DNA of 64,000 nt from Candidatus Marinamargulisbacteria bacterium. GTDB lineage: Bacteria > Margulisbacteria > Marinamargulisbacteria > UBA817. The translations under genes were made by a program, and so were the position numbers. Within the stretch, counting starts at the first letter, position 1. Each line of letters starts with the position of its first letter. Where the stretch lies: positions 29,594 through 93,593 of the forward strand of contig JBMHDV010000027.1 of NCBI GenBank assembly GCA_049889215.1, given 5' to 3'. This document shows positions 42,471-53,276 of the stretch, piece by piece. A model generated the notes under the pieces. It saw nothing but the letters and a program-made list of their open reading frames with translations, was not told the DNA's origin and did not search any database.

Positions 42471-44122
42471 AATGTTTGAGACACATTGAAGTGAACCATA
42501 AGCTCATCATTTCCAAAACCAAAATCCAATCGTAAAGGTATCACAGACTCTAACAATCGAACACCAAATCCGTACCCTCGATACAATTGATCAAACAATT
42601 GATTGAATTCATCATTTATAAATCCACCATCTAAAAATAAAACTCCAGCAATATTTTGTGATAATCGTTGCCTTAATTCAAAATTAAAAGATAAACGATA
42701 GTTTCCAAGAAAAGAAAACTCATTGTATCCTCTCAGTGAATTTGCGCCACCTAACGAAAACCGCTCAGTTTCAAATGTTGATTCTTGGCCTAATTTTTTA
42801 TATCTACCCCCAAAAAGTTGAACTGCAAATGTCGATTGATTAAGCGTATAAAAGTAAGCATTTGTTAGACGAAACCGATGAAATGAAATCCCACCTAAAT
42901 CAATAAGTCCCAAGTTGCCTCCAATATCATAATTCAATGCAATTCGATGCCCAAATGTGGGATATTGAAAATGATCAACTTTGTTTTGATCCAATAAAAA
43001 AGAGATGGATCGTGTGGTATAGCCAGAAAAGTCACCGTCATCTTGCGGAACTACAGTCTCATTGCGTAAGGTGGTGGCAATTGCCAAATATTGACGCTTA
43101 ATTTGATGCATGAACGACACTGCACCACCTGAACGAATAGTTTTATAAATAGTTAAATCCTCTTGATAAACTTCAGAAAGAAATCTTTTGTAAAAACTAA
43201 TGTCAAATGAAACTGGAAAAGAATTAAATAACCAAGGTTGATTATATCGAAATTTATACGCTCGAGTCTCTACATTGTTTAAATAACCCAACTGGAATTG
43301 CAACTCTATAAAATCTGTGTAAATAAACCGGTTGTACCACTTAAGCTTAGAAAATAGAGCCACACCTTTATCATCTTCCAATTCCTCTAAACCAATATCC
43401 AACATATTTTGCTTTCGCTCCCTTATCTGATACGCTAATCGAACATTATCCGATGAAACCATCTCAATGGTTGGTCCGTTGACACTACTAAAGTTTGACA
43501 ATTGCGATAATGATTCAAGATCAATATCTAAAATTCGCCGATTGAGCTGATCACCGTTTGATAACAAAAGTTCACGATAAATAACCCAAGACGGGGTTGT
43601 ATCCAATCCCATAACGACAATCTCACTGATTGTAGGTGACTCAATCATAATCGTCATTGTTCCAGCATCAGAAACCGAAATTGATTTAACGGATGCGGTA
43701 ATATATCCCCAATCAACCAATTGTTTATTAATTGCAGCAACATCATCTTTTAAATATTTAAAGTTTAAATAGTCACCAGATGTATGAGCCATCACCATCG
43801 TCAGTTGACGCATTGGAATTGGAGAACCAACAACATGAATTTTTGTTATCACCGGGTTATACTGAATATTAACAACTAACCGACTACCTCGCTTCTTCTT
43901 ATCAAATTGAAATGTTATGGATTGATATACACCATTCTGTCGAATTTGATTTAAAAAAGCTTCAACTTGCTGCTCAGATGAAATCACCCCATTAAACCGA
44001 GAATTTATCTTTGAAATCAAAAACTGATCATCTGTCCCAGTCACAGCAACCGACTGAATAAAGGCCGAATGAGCAGCAGTAGAAAAATAAATAAATAAAA
44101 AGATATTAAAAAGAATACGCAT
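42467..44122 (-). CDS. Omp85-family outer membrane protein (BamA/TamA-like)
   Basis: Signal peptide, POTRA-like N-terminal region, C-terminal beta-barrel ending in aromatic residue (NVSQTF). Confidence 0.75.
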   Translation of the reverse strand: MRILFNIFLFIYFSTAAHSAFIQSVAVTGTDDQFLISKINSRFNGVISSEQQVEAFLNQIRQNGVYQSITFQFDKKKRGSRLVVNIQYNPVITKIHVVGSPIPMRQLTMVMAHTSGDYLNFKYLKDDVAAINKQLVDWGYITASVKSISVSDAGTMTIMIESPTISEIVVMGLDTTPSWVIYRELLLSNGDQLNRRILDIDLESLSQLSNFSSVNGPTIEMVSSDNVRLAYQIRERKQNMLDIGLEELEDDKGVALFSKLKWYNRFIYTDFIELQFQLGYLNNVETRAYKFRYNQPWLFNSFPVSFDISFYKRFLSEVYQEDLTIYKTIRSGGAVSFMHQIKRQYLAIATTLRNETVVPQDDGDFSGYTTRSISFLLDQNKVDHFQYPTFGHRIALNYDIGGNLGLIDLGGISFHRFRLTNAYFYTLNQSTFAVQLFGGRYKKLGQESTFETERFSLGGANSLRGYNEFSFLGNYRLSFNFELRQRLSQNIAGVLFLDGGFINDEFNQLFDQLYRGYGFGVRLLESVIPLRLDFGFGNDELMVHFNVSQTF

Positions 44123-47100
44123 AACTTAACGACCACCTCGGATCAAACACCGTTACCTCTGAATACTCATTTGCATTCTTCAAACTCACTGAAAAATTGG
44201 GTTGAAAATAATACGTAACATCAACTCGAGTCAACTTTACACCTCTAGCATTTTCATTAACATAGTCTGTTGATAAATTTAGATCCGAGCGTAATGTTAA
44301 AAACAATTTCTCTTTATATAGATTTGATACAGTTTGAATACCAAATAAATCCTCATTAATTTTGCTATCTGAATCTGAACTAAGAATTGTTCGGCCAAAG
44401 TCATAATTTAACCTTAAATCATAAAGACCAACCCGCTTTGCAAAACGCCGCTCATACGGTCGTAATGAACTTCGGATAAATGTATTAATACGATCTCGTC
44501 CATAATTAGTGAAATCCGTCTCCTCTGAATTAGAAATAATTTTGGGTAGTAATAGATTAAGGCCGTAATAGCTAGCTTGCGAACCACTAACATCTGTTTG
44601 CATTAAATCAACATCATACGTCCCATAAAGCTCATATTCTGGAAACGTCAAAAAAGCATTATTTAACCCAAAATCAAAAACAGTCACCTTAGCCGCTGTA
44701 CCCGACAAATCTCCATTAATCGATAACCCAATGGCATCATAAGGCAACGTATCATTTCGAACATTTTTTGAAGACACTTGAGTATCTATTTTTCGTAGCG
44801 CCCTTAAATTCAACGCCACCATCATTTGCTGAAAACCGTCATCTTGAATCGGAGATAGATCCACACGCTGATCTGTGACATACTCCGGGACATCTTTAAA
44901 AAAATGGTTTTGTTGTGACTTTGGCATTAACTCATAAACACCATCAAAAATAGAAATAGATCCATCATAAAAATATAAACTTGTCGTAAATTGAGGGGAA
45001 TTAATTGAACCGGATATTTGAAAGGGGGCTGAGCGATTCTTTTCATCCAATTCCAGAAAAATGTTATTAGCAAATCTAAAAATGCCATCACCTACCAAAC
45101 TTCCTTGTATATAGTTCCCAGAACCAAGTGTTGTTGTTAAATCCAATAAAATTCTAGGCTTTGTTTTATTTTTAGTACGCTTTGGCAAATTAAAAATACC
45201 GTCTCGAAAAATAAGGCTTCCAGACAATTGAGGTCCGGATTCATTGGCCTTACCAAGGCTATACTTAATGTTTTCCAAAGCGTTTTTTTCCCAATAAAGC
45301 GTCTGGTCCCCCTGAAATTTGATTTGGTTTGCAAGAACGTCACCAGAAAAAAAGACAGGAAAGTTCATCGAAAAAAATGTGTCTTTCATTGTTAGGTTAT
45401 AGGCAACTTTGGCTTTCTTTTTCATTAAATCGATAGGACCTAAGTCAATATCTCCAGAAATATTAAACTCATTTTTCTTGTTTTCCCGAGTGACTCGTCT
45501 AAAGGTATGGTCTCCTTGCCATATAACATTTAATACATCCAGACTTAGCACAGATGAATCAACACGATAACGATATCTTGGAACTTGAATGACAGATGAT
45601 TGCCCATCATTAGAGGACACTACCCTTAATTCAAAATCATTAAAATCAACATCCAATGAACGAACGGACAAATTATGAATTGGACCAACAAATTTCCACT
45701 TCACATACCCAGTATTATAAAGACTTTCAATATATGCTGAGGCACCTGAAAAAATATTTAATGACGCATCAGAAAATTCAAATCCCATATCCAACCATTT
45801 ATCTTTATAGTTATATTCACCAAGAAGAAAACCGTTATAGTTTTTACCCAAATATTGCATTAACGAATTCGTAATCTCATGAGTGTTTTTCTCCTTATTA
45901 TACGACAAATCTATTGCAAGAGATTCAACTTCGACCTTATTGAACACCAACTGATCAACATAAAAGTTATAATTTTCAATAGAGTCAGTTATATCTTTTG
46001 ACTTTAATTGCATCAAATCGGCCTGGACCATTTGCATGTAATCAAAATCCGTTAAAATAATATCAATTTTGTTTTTGCCTAAATCACGATTATTAATCGA
46101 TAAATACCCACTAAGTAATCCTTTAATTTTATTGTCAGCCAATGCTTTTTTCTGATATTGAGAGTAAAATTGCATAAAGCTTTGAAGGTTATCATGCTGA
46201 TATTTGTGATAATCAAATGCTTCATTGAAAAAAAACTCATTTTCTTGTGATTGCATTGTAAAATCATCAAGTTTTTTAATTATTGTGTAATAAATATCAG
46301 ACACAGTATTTAAATTTAGATTGGCTGCCTTCATGTTCAAATCATAAAATGAATAAAATGTATCAGAAGATGCGGTTTTAGAGAAATCTATAGAGCCATT
46401 TGCCAAAAATCGTCCTCGATTTAATTGAACTTGAAACTGATCAAAAGTTAGCGTATCGCCCAATTTTTTACCATCAAATAAAAGATACTGGATTGGAATG
46501 CCATCCAATTCCAAATCCATGGACTCTACTAAACCATCAAAATTTAAATCTGATAGATCCCCAAAAAAACGCCCCTTTACACTAACATCACCCAATAATT
46601 TCTGACGCGAAAAAAAGTCCAAAGCATCCAATCTAAAAAAACCTTTCTTCTTTTGCGTAACATCGAATGCCCCTTTTGAGCTTAATGAACCAGCTAAATC
46701 TAACTCATGAAGCCCACTAAGACGACATTGATTAATGGTAATTTCCCCGCCATTCGTCTCAACTTCTAAAAATACATCACCAAGTTGACCATATTGTAGC
46801 TTAAACCCCTGAATATTTAATTTTGATTTAAAGTTTAGCTCTGATGCGTGATCATACAATAAATAACCAGTAGCAACACCGCCAAAGGATCCAAATAACT
46901 GAGAATTAGTAAGTTTCGGCAATAACATTAAGTCAAACTGATCAAAATTTAAATCCAAAAGAATCGGTTTTTTCTGGTATAACTTAACCTCACCACTTAA
47001 CTTAGTTGTCCCATACACTAAATCATTAATTTTAAATTTATGGCGCTGATTATCAAATTGATAACCTAAATCGAAAGCGTCAAATCGTTGATTATTGTAG

Positions 47101-48809
47101 GCAATGCCACGCCCTTTTAGCTGACTTTCAAACACCCCATTAAAGCCCTGCTCTGACCAAGAAACCTCACCTTTAGATTCCATTTCTTCCAAATAATACG
47201 CCTGCTGATCTGGCTGAGCTAGTTGCCCAAGGCCTGACTGATTAAACGATAAACCAGCTGAACTTAACTTTCCCGAAAACTCAAGGGCTTGGCCATTCGA
47301 CAAATAAACACTAAAAACAGGCAATTTCAACACTTGTTTTTCCTGCCTCAAAATAGCTTTTATTTTTTTTATTGTAATTCCATAAAAAGTTAAATTTAAT
47401 TGATCAAGATTAAATTCGGTTTGATTGTTTTTAGAGTCTGAGGCAAGATAAATATTTGCTGTCACTTCTGAATTAAGTACAGGAACAAAAAGAGGTAATC
47501 CTGCCAATTCAATATGATAATCATTCTTATAAATATTACCCGATACCTCATAAGATGATGATGACAAAGAGGTGAGATACCCTGGTTGACCGTCTTTTGC
47601 CACCAACTTTAAATTTACCGGATCGATATTAATCAGCTTGGATTTAATTTCACTTGTTTTAAGATAAGTGGTAAAAGTTGGGCGTTGAAACAAACCCGTC
47701 AATTTAACCATAACTGATGCATCAAAATCTAAATCAGTTGGTGGCGCTAACTTTAAATATGAAAACACATCTTCTGGTTGAATGACACCGTCAGATGCCA
47801 TCGATAAATTAAACCGTCGGTTATAAAAAGAAATGTCCCCAGAAACATTAAACGGAACATCATGAATCATTGCCCGAATGTTTTTTAATATTAAGGAAGC
47901 TTCATTATGATTTGAAAAAACAACCTGACCAGATACATTTTTCAAAGGCACCTTAAATCGAGCTGGATTAATGGATAAATAATCAAAATTAATAGCAATA
48001 TTATAGAAAAACCTCTTTTTAATTGCTTTATTTGAATTGCTCTTTATTTGACCTGAAATCTGTAAAAAGTCATCAGAAATATTAACTTTTGAAAATGGGA
48101 CTAAATATGATGCCCAGTCATCCGTCACTAATGAAACAGCTTTAAAATCATACAAGTATTCAGTCCCCTGAATTTCACCCTGAATTGAACTTCGATCAGC
48201 AGATCCAGCAATAGAAAAATCAAAATCTAGCTTCACCTTTCTTGATGAATCAAATGCAATTGTCCCTTGCCCACTTGAAAAGGAAGACGAAAACTCCTGG
48301 GCGACTTTTCCCCAACCTCTAACATCCGTATACGTACCAGATATGTCGTTAAATTGAATTGTTAATCGTGATGGAGATGCCCCGCTCTCACCACTTTTCG
48401 AAGATAATGCTTTAACAAACTCAATGATATTAACTTTTTTTGATTCTAAGCGATTAACATTTAACAGAACCCCGTTAACATTTACTTTACCAATAATATC
48501 CGACAGACCATTGGTGATGAACCGCAATGACGGATAAATCGTAACTAAATCAGCTTTAATAAAATACGTTTGGTTCTTTACAGGTGCTTGACTGTAAATC
48601 ACTACATCTTTTAAAACAATTCCAGAAAACAAGTTTCCCGATAATTGTCTAAAATCGATAGGCCTAGCCAAAGCACGCTCAATACTTTTTTCTAAATTAT
48701 CTTTCGCTATTTTATTAATAAAAGGAACTTTTAACGCGTATCCTGATACCAAAGAAAAAACTAAAAATACAAAAGCAAAAAAAGTAGTCAGCCGAAACAA
48801 TCGTTTCAT
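44106..48809 (-). CDS. TamB/AsmA-like giant translocation-and-assembly protein
   Basis: 1567 aa, N-terminal signal-anchor, beta-rich repetitive body, C-terminal DUF490-like segment; directly upstream of Omp85 gene with 17-nt overlap. Confidence 0.7.
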   Translation of the reverse strand: MKRLFRLTTFFAFVFLVFSLVSGYALKVPFINKIAKDNLEKSIERALARPIDFRQLSGNLFSGIVLKDVVIYSQAPVKNQTYFIKADLVTIYPSLRFITNGLSDIIGKVNVNGVLLNVNRLESKKVNIIEFVKALSSKSGESGASPSRLTIQFNDISGTYTDVRGWGKVAQEFSSSFSSGQGTIAFDSSRKVKLDFDFSIAGSADRSSIQGEIQGTEYLYDFKAVSLVTDDWASYLVPFSKVNISDDFLQISGQIKSNSNKAIKKRFFYNIAINFDYLSINPARFKVPLKNVSGQVVFSNHNEASLILKNIRAMIHDVPFNVSGDISFYNRRFNLSMASDGVIQPEDVFSYLKLAPPTDLDFDASVMVKLTGLFQRPTFTTYLKTSEIKSKLINIDPVNLKLVAKDGQPGYLTSLSSSSYEVSGNIYKNDYHIELAGLPLFVPVLNSEVTANIYLASDSKNNQTEFNLDQLNLTFYGITIKKIKAILRQEKQVLKLPVFSVYLSNGQALEFSGKLSSAGLSFNQSGLGQLAQPDQQAYYLEEMESKGEVSWSEQGFNGVFESQLKGRGIAYNNQRFDAFDLGYQFDNQRHKFKINDLVYGTTKLSGEVKLYQKKPILLDLNFDQFDLMLLPKLTNSQLFGSFGGVATGYLLYDHASELNFKSKLNIQGFKLQYGQLGDVFLEVETNGGEITINQCRLSGLHELDLAGSLSSKGAFDVTQKKKGFFRLDALDFFSRQKLLGDVSVKGRFFGDLSDLNFDGLVESMDLELDGIPIQYLLFDGKKLGDTLTFDQFQVQLNRGRFLANGSIDFSKTASSDTFYSFYDLNMKAANLNLNTVSDIYYTIIKKLDDFTMQSQENEFFFNEAFDYHKYQHDNLQSFMQFYSQYQKKALADNKIKGLLSGYLSINNRDLGKNKIDIILTDFDYMQMVQADLMQLKSKDITDSIENYNFYVDQLVFNKVEVESLAIDLSYNKEKNTHEITNSLMQYLGKNYNGFLLGEYNYKDKWLDMGFEFSDASLNIFSGASAYIESLYNTGYVKWKFVGPIHNLSVRSLDVDFNDFELRVVSSNDGQSSVIQVPRYRYRVDSSVLSLDVLNVIWQGDHTFRRVTRENKKNEFNISGDIDLGPIDLMKKKAKVAYNLTMKDTFFSMNFPVFFSGDVLANQIKFQGDQTLYWEKNALENIKYSLGKANESGPQLSGSLIFRDGIFNLPKRTKNKTKPRILLDLTTTLGSGNYIQGSLVGDGIFRFANNIFLELDEKNRSAPFQISGSINSPQFTTSLYFYDGSISIFDGVYELMPKSQQNHFFKDVPEYVTDQRVDLSPIQDDGFQQMMVALNLRALRKIDTQVSSKNVRNDTLPYDAIGLSINGDLSGTAAKVTVFDFGLNNAFLTFPEYELYGTYDVDLMQTDVSGSQASYYGLNLLLPKIISNSEETDFTNYGRDRINTFIRSSLRPYERRFAKRVGLYDLRLNYDFGRTILSSDSDSKINEDLFGIQTVSNLYKEKLFLTLRSDLNLSTDYVNENARGVKLTRVDVTYYFQPNFSVSLKNANEYSEVTVFDPRWSLSYAYSF

Positions 48810-48812
48810 AAA

Positions 48813-49880
48813 TTAACGATTTTGACGAGAATAAATGGACTGGAATACTGCATCGTAAGTAGCCTCAACAACCTCTGGAACTGTTGATACTTTAATGGCA
48901 TGATCTGGATCTTTAAGCCCGTGACCAGTTATAATTGAAACAATCGTTTCCGATGATTTAAACTGATACTTTTCAGCCATTTCAACAACTCCTGCAATTG
49001 CCACAGCACAAGCTGGCTCACAAAAAACACCATCTTCTTGAGCAAGCATCTGCTGATATTTAGTAATTTTATCATCTGATACCATTCCTATATGGCCATT
49101 CGACTCATCTCTTGCAGCAACTGCATACTGCCAACTCGCAGGGTTTCCTATGCGAATTGCTGTTGCAATTGTTTCAGGCTCTTCAACAACATGCCCTCTA
49201 ACTATCGGCGCGGCGCCTTCAGCTTGAAATCCAACCATTTTTGGTAAAGACGCAATTTTGCCCATGGTTTTGTACTCATTATAACCTTTCCAATACGCGG
49301 TTATATTTCCTGCATTGCCGACTGGCATAAAATGATAATCTGGCGCTTTACCTAGTTGGTCAACAATCTCAAAAGCACCTGTTTTCTGTCCCTCAATACG
49401 ATATGGATTTACAGAATTGACCAATGCAATTGGTTCCTTTTCAGCAATTTCACGTACGATATTTAAAGCAACATCAAAATTCCCATTAATCTGAATCACT
49501 CTTGCCCCGTGCATCATTGCCTGAGACAATTTACCTAAAGCAATCTTGCCTTTTGGAATTAAAACAATACAGTCCATCTTTGCTTTCGCTGCATAGGCTG
49601 CAGCTGAGGCTGAGGTGTTACCCGTTGATGCACAGATAATGGTTTTCATACCATCTTCTTTTGCTTTTGTTACAGCCATGCACATCCCACGATCCTTAAA
49701 TGAACCCGTTGGATTTAACCCCTCAAATTTCACATACCACTGAGCATCAATCCCCAATGACTTTGCTAAGTTATTGACAGGTATTAAAGGTGTATTTCCC
49801 TCATTAAGAGACACAACAGGTGTCTTGGCACTTACCGGCAAAAACTCTCTATATTCTTCAACTAAACCTTTCCACAACAT
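48813..49880 (-). CDS. thrC: Threonine synthase
   Basis: PLP-lysine motif NPTGSFKDRGM, CASTGNTSASAAAYAA, overall ThrC pattern. Confidence 0.9.
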   Translation of the reverse strand: MLWKGLVEEYREFLPVSAKTPVVSLNEGNTPLIPVNNLAKSLGIDAQWYVKFEGLNPTGSFKDRGMCMAVTKAKEDGMKTIICASTGNTSASAAAYAAKAKMDCIVLIPKGKIALGKLSQAMMHGARVIQINGNFDVALNIVREIAEKEPIALVNSVNPYRIEGQKTGAFEIVDQLGKAPDYHFMPVGNAGNITAYWKGYNEYKTMGKIASLPKMVGFQAEGAAPIVRGHVVEEPETIATAIRIGNPASWQYAVAARDESNGHIGMVSDDKITKYQQMLAQEDGVFCEPACAVAIAGVVEMAEKYQFKSSETIVSIITGHGLKDPDHAIKVSTVPEVVEATYDAVFQSIYSRQNR

Positions 49881-49887
49881 AATTATG

Positions 49888-50466
49888 TCACCTCTCTAAT
49901 AAATTATACCTAAAATCATCGTCCATGATGTAAGGTTCTTGTTTTATTTCTTTTATTTTTTTTAAATCCACTTGATGTTCATCAGCCGAATTTTTATACA
50001 TGGTCATAACTTTGTACCCAAATGTTGTAATCCTTTTTGTTATTGGCGTAGACTCAAACAAGTCAGCTTTCAAGCTCGATATAAATGTTAACACTACTGT
50101 TACTATTAGAACAGCTTTTAGTACATTCAAAACAGCACCTGAAATTCTTAAAATGAAATTAATACCTGTTAGCTTAAAAAATAACGTCGCCAATTTAGCA
50201 AAAAAATAAGTCATTATATAAAAAAGAACCCATAGCATTAAAAAGAAATAAATCGACGATTCATCGAATGGAATCGAAATAAAGCCACTAATGAAAGTAT
50301 AGGCCTTCTGTCGAAAAAGCCAAGCAAATAACCAAGCACCATAAATTCCAAAAATACTGACCAAAACATGAAATAGGCCGTACCTTAAACCAACAAATGC
50401 AGCATAAGAAACATAACCCAATATGACAGTATCTAGAAGTTGGCCACTAATCATGACCAGAAACAA
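49888..50466 (-). CDS. CvpA-family membrane protein
   Basis: 192 aa, four hydrophobic helices, CvpA-like arrangement. Confidence 0.5.
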   Translation of the reverse strand: MFLVMISGQLLDTVILGYVSYAAFVGLRYGLFHVLVSIFGIYGAWLFAWLFRQKAYTFISGFISIPFDESSIYFFLMLWVLFYIMTYFFAKLATLFFKLTGINFILRISGAVLNVLKAVLIVTVVLTFISSLKADLFESTPITKRITTFGYKVMTMYKNSADEHQVDLKKIKEIKQEPYIMDDDFRYNLLER

Positions 50467-51595
50467 AACCTCGGATATTATTTACGGCTGTTTTAAGCAA
50501 ATCAAAATCGGTCGCGATGCATGATCTTATGTAGCCCTCGCCACAATCCCCAAATACACTACCTGGAACAACAGCCACATTAGCCGCTTCCAATAATTTT
50601 TGAGCAAATGATAGTGATGTCATTCCCATTGATTGAATAGAAGAAAAACAATATAAGCCACCTGCTGGCATTATGGTTTTTAATCCCATTTGATTCATGT
50701 GATCAGTAAAATATCTCGCACGTGTCATATATGAGTTTTTCATAGCATTTACTTCATCAAATGAGTTTTTACATGCCTCTACAGCGGCAAATTGAGATAA
50801 AGTAGGCGCACACAATGCAGAATATTGATGAATTTTATTTATCATTTCAATAACATATTCCGGAGCTGCAACATAACCAATGCGCCAGCCAGTCATAGAG
50901 TGGGCCTTTGAAAAACCGTTGAGATAAATTAAATTATCTCGACATTTTTTTATTCGAGCAATTGAAAAAAATGGGTCAAAACTTAAATCTGCATAAATTT
51001 CATCAGTAATAATTAAAAGATTATTATCTAATGCAAAATCAGCGATCTCTTCTAATGTTGACTGAGGTATTGATTGCCCTGTTGGATTATTGGGGTATGA
51101 CAATACGATGGCTTTAGTTTTAGGTGTTAATGCTGCCTTCATATCAGCAATTAGCGGTATAAAGTCTGATTTTGATGTGTCAATAGAAACAACCTTGCCC
51201 CCACATAATTCAATTAATGGTCGGTAACAAACATACGATGGCTCCGGTAATAAAATTTCATCTCCAGGGTTTATCACTGACCGAAATACAATATCTACAC
51301 CCTCAGATACACCATTGGTTATTAACAGCTCATCTGAAGAATAAACAATGTTAAATTGATGATATAAATATTGACTTATCGCCTCCCTCAAGGCAAGTAA
51401 ACCTCGGTTTGAAGTATAGGTTGTTGATCCACTTTCAATACGATAAATAGCCTCATCGCGAATATTCCAAGGCGTTGAAAAATCAGGCTCTCCAACACCA
51501 AGAGAAATTACATCTTTAGAATTCATTACCAAATCAAAAAAGACACGAATCCCAGACGGAGGTATCTGCTTAACTCGTTCTGAAAAAAATGTCAT
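50447..51595 (-). CDS. PLP-dependent class I aminotransferase (AlaT/AspB-like)
   Basis: PLP-lysine motif NGFSKAHSMTGWRIGY, SYPNNPTG; 4-nt overlap with upstream Lrp gene, resembling AlaR-AlaT pairs. Confidence 0.85.
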   Translation of the reverse strand: MTFFSERVKQIPPSGIRVFFDLVMNSKDVISLGVGEPDFSTPWNIRDEAIYRIESGSTTYTSNRGLLALREAISQYLYHQFNIVYSSDELLITNGVSEGVDIVFRSVINPGDEILLPEPSYVCYRPLIELCGGKVVSIDTSKSDFIPLIADMKAALTPKTKAIVLSYPNNPTGQSIPQSTLEEIADFALDNNLLIITDEIYADLSFDPFFSIARIKKCRDNLIYLNGFSKAHSMTGWRIGYVAAPEYVIEMINKIHQYSALCAPTLSQFAAVEACKNSFDEVNAMKNSYMTRARYFTDHMNQMGLKTIMPAGGLYCFSSIQSMGMTSLSFAQKLLEAANVAVVPGSVFGDCGEGYIRSCIATDFDLLKTAVNNIRGFVSGHD

Positions 51596-52083
51596 GGCAA
51601 AATTGGCAGTCGATTAACGGAGTTTTCAGCTTCCATTAAAACACCATTTTCTTTATAAGATTTGAAAATAAAATGGGTGGTGGTTGATTTAACATTTTCT
51701 ATTGTTGCTAACTTATCAAAAACAAAATGTGCGATATCTTTATGGTCTTTACCTTCAACAACAACCAAGAAATCATATTTACCTGAAACAAGAAAATGTG
51801 ATTTCACATTTGGAAAACAATAAACCTTTTTAGCAATTGAGTCATATCCAGTATCTTTTTCTGGCCGGATACTTAATTCAACCAATGCCTTAATTGAAGA
51901 TGTTTGAATTAAATTTTCGTTAATGACAGTTGTAAACTGACAAATAATTCCAGCAGACTTCATCTCATCAATATGCTTAATCACATCATCAACATTTAAA
52001 TTAACCATACTGGCTAATTCGTCATTTGTATATCGAGAGTTTTGCAATAATAGATCCAAAATCATTCTTTTATTTTTATCCAT
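51592..52083 (-). CDS. Lrp/AsnC-family transcriptional regulator
   Basis: N-terminal HTH (LDLLLQNSRYTNDELASMVNLNVDDV) and C-terminal RAM domain. Confidence 0.85.
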   Translation of the reverse strand: MDKNKRMILDLLLQNSRYTNDELASMVNLNVDDVIKHIDEMKSAGIICQFTTVINENLIQTSSIKALVELSIRPEKDTGYDSIAKKVYCFPNVKSHFLVSGKYDFLVVVEGKDHKDIAHFVFDKLATIENVKSTTTHFIFKSYKENGVLMEAENSVNRLPILP

Positions 52084-52163
52084 ACATAAAAAGTATAATT
52101 TTATAGCAAATAAGTAAATAAAATTAAGCGCTGAGACGTATGAATTAATAGTAAAGTTTTAAT

Positions 52164-52514
52164 TTAAATCACCGTAGCAAGAATTTCTTTGTTAGAAACC
52201 GTTTGCTTATTAAACACATGATCAATATCATAGGCGTCCATTTCTTTTAAGGATAACTCAATCGACTGAGAGCTTAGAAAATTAACTCTAGACAAACAAG
52301 GCTTTGTTTTAATTTGCCGCACAAACTCTAAACCATTCATATTTGGCAACATTAATTCAGTAAAAATAACATCAACACTAGTTCGAGCTAAAAAAAGCAT
52401 TGCGTCTTTGGGGCAAAATAGCGAATATACCTCAACTGGATATTTCGCTAATAATTCAATAAAGCGACAGTGAACACTTACATCAACATCAATAATTAAA
52501 ATTCGTTGATTCAA
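52164..52514 (-). CDS. Orphan receiver (REC) domain protein with Glu in place of the phospho-acceptor Asp
   Basis: ILIIDVDV acidic pocket, DVIFTELMLPNMNGLEF aligning to CheY ISDWNMPNMDGLEL with D57 replaced by E; TTG start. Confidence 0.6.
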   Translation of the reverse strand: MNQRILIIDVDVSVHCRFIELLAKYPVEVYSLFCPKDAMLFLARTSVDVIFTELMLPNMNGLEFVRQIKTKPCLSRVNFLSSQSIELSLKEMDAYDIDHVFNKQTVSNKEILATVI

Positions 52515-52537
52515 ACTAATCCTTTTAGAAGAGGTTT

Positions 52538-52565
52538 AGTTCTAGTATAACAAAGAATTAGAACT
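52538..52565. promoter_or_regulatory. Inverted repeat in divergent promoter region between REC and XRE genes (candidate operator)
   Basis: agttcta ... tagaact, 7-bp arms with 14-bp spacer. Confidence 0.25.
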
Positions 52566-52616
52566 CATTCAATTCTACTTATTTACAATCACGATAATTT
52601 TTTTTATAATTTTAAT

Positions 52617-53267
52617 ATGGGAAGATTTGGATCAACACTTAAGCGACTTCGTGAAAATAGAAGCATATCAAAAGTTAAACTTGCTAAATGCATTGGCACT
52701 TCCGACGCATACATTCGCCAAGTTGAAAACCAAGGCTACAAACCACCAACATTTGATCTTTGTGAGAAGATATCTTCAGAACTATCATTAACTAATAACG
52801 AGAAACTTGAACTTTATGAAGCTGCTTTTATGGAAAGAATCGAATCTGAAAAAGAATTTTATAGCTTATTAAAAAATTCTATTTTTTCAAGCAGAAACCT
52901 TCCATCTACAGCATCAACAAATGTGATTACCGCAAGGTTAAAACTGCGCCAAACAGTTAAAGAAGATTTATCTTCTATTTCTTATGATGTAGAGCGTATA
53001 TTTTTTGATTATTTCCAAAAAAGCAACATTTCTATCGATAACATTGTAATTAATCAATCAAGCGTTACTTTAAATATAATGGATCAAGAAGCAACAACAG
53101 TTGAAGCAAATTTACCGAATATAATGAAACTGATTTCAAGCAAAATTAAAAGTGATTTTCCAAATTTTGCTGTCGCACCTTCGATTTGGGACAGTAATTT
53201 CGAAGTCATAAAAATATCAGAAACAGCCCAAGCCCGAACTGATAATCATGAATTATCTCGTGTTTAA
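52617..53267 (+). CDS. XRE-family HTH protein with uncharacterised C-terminal domain
   Basis: N-terminal LKRLRENRSISKVKLAKCIGTSDAYIRQVENQ HTH_XRE pattern; stop 9 nt before STAND gene. Confidence 0.7.
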   Translation: MGRFGSTLKRLRENRSISKVKLAKCIGTSDAYIRQVENQGYKPPTFDLCEKISSELSLTNNEKLELYEAAFMERIESEKEFYSLLKNSIFSSRNLPSTASTNVITARLKLRQTVKEDLSSISYDVERIFFDYFQKSNISIDNIVINQSSVTLNIMDQEATTVEANLPNIMKLISSKIKSDFPNFAVAPSIWDSNFEVIKISETAQARTDNHELSRV

Positions 53268-53276
53268 CCACGTTAA

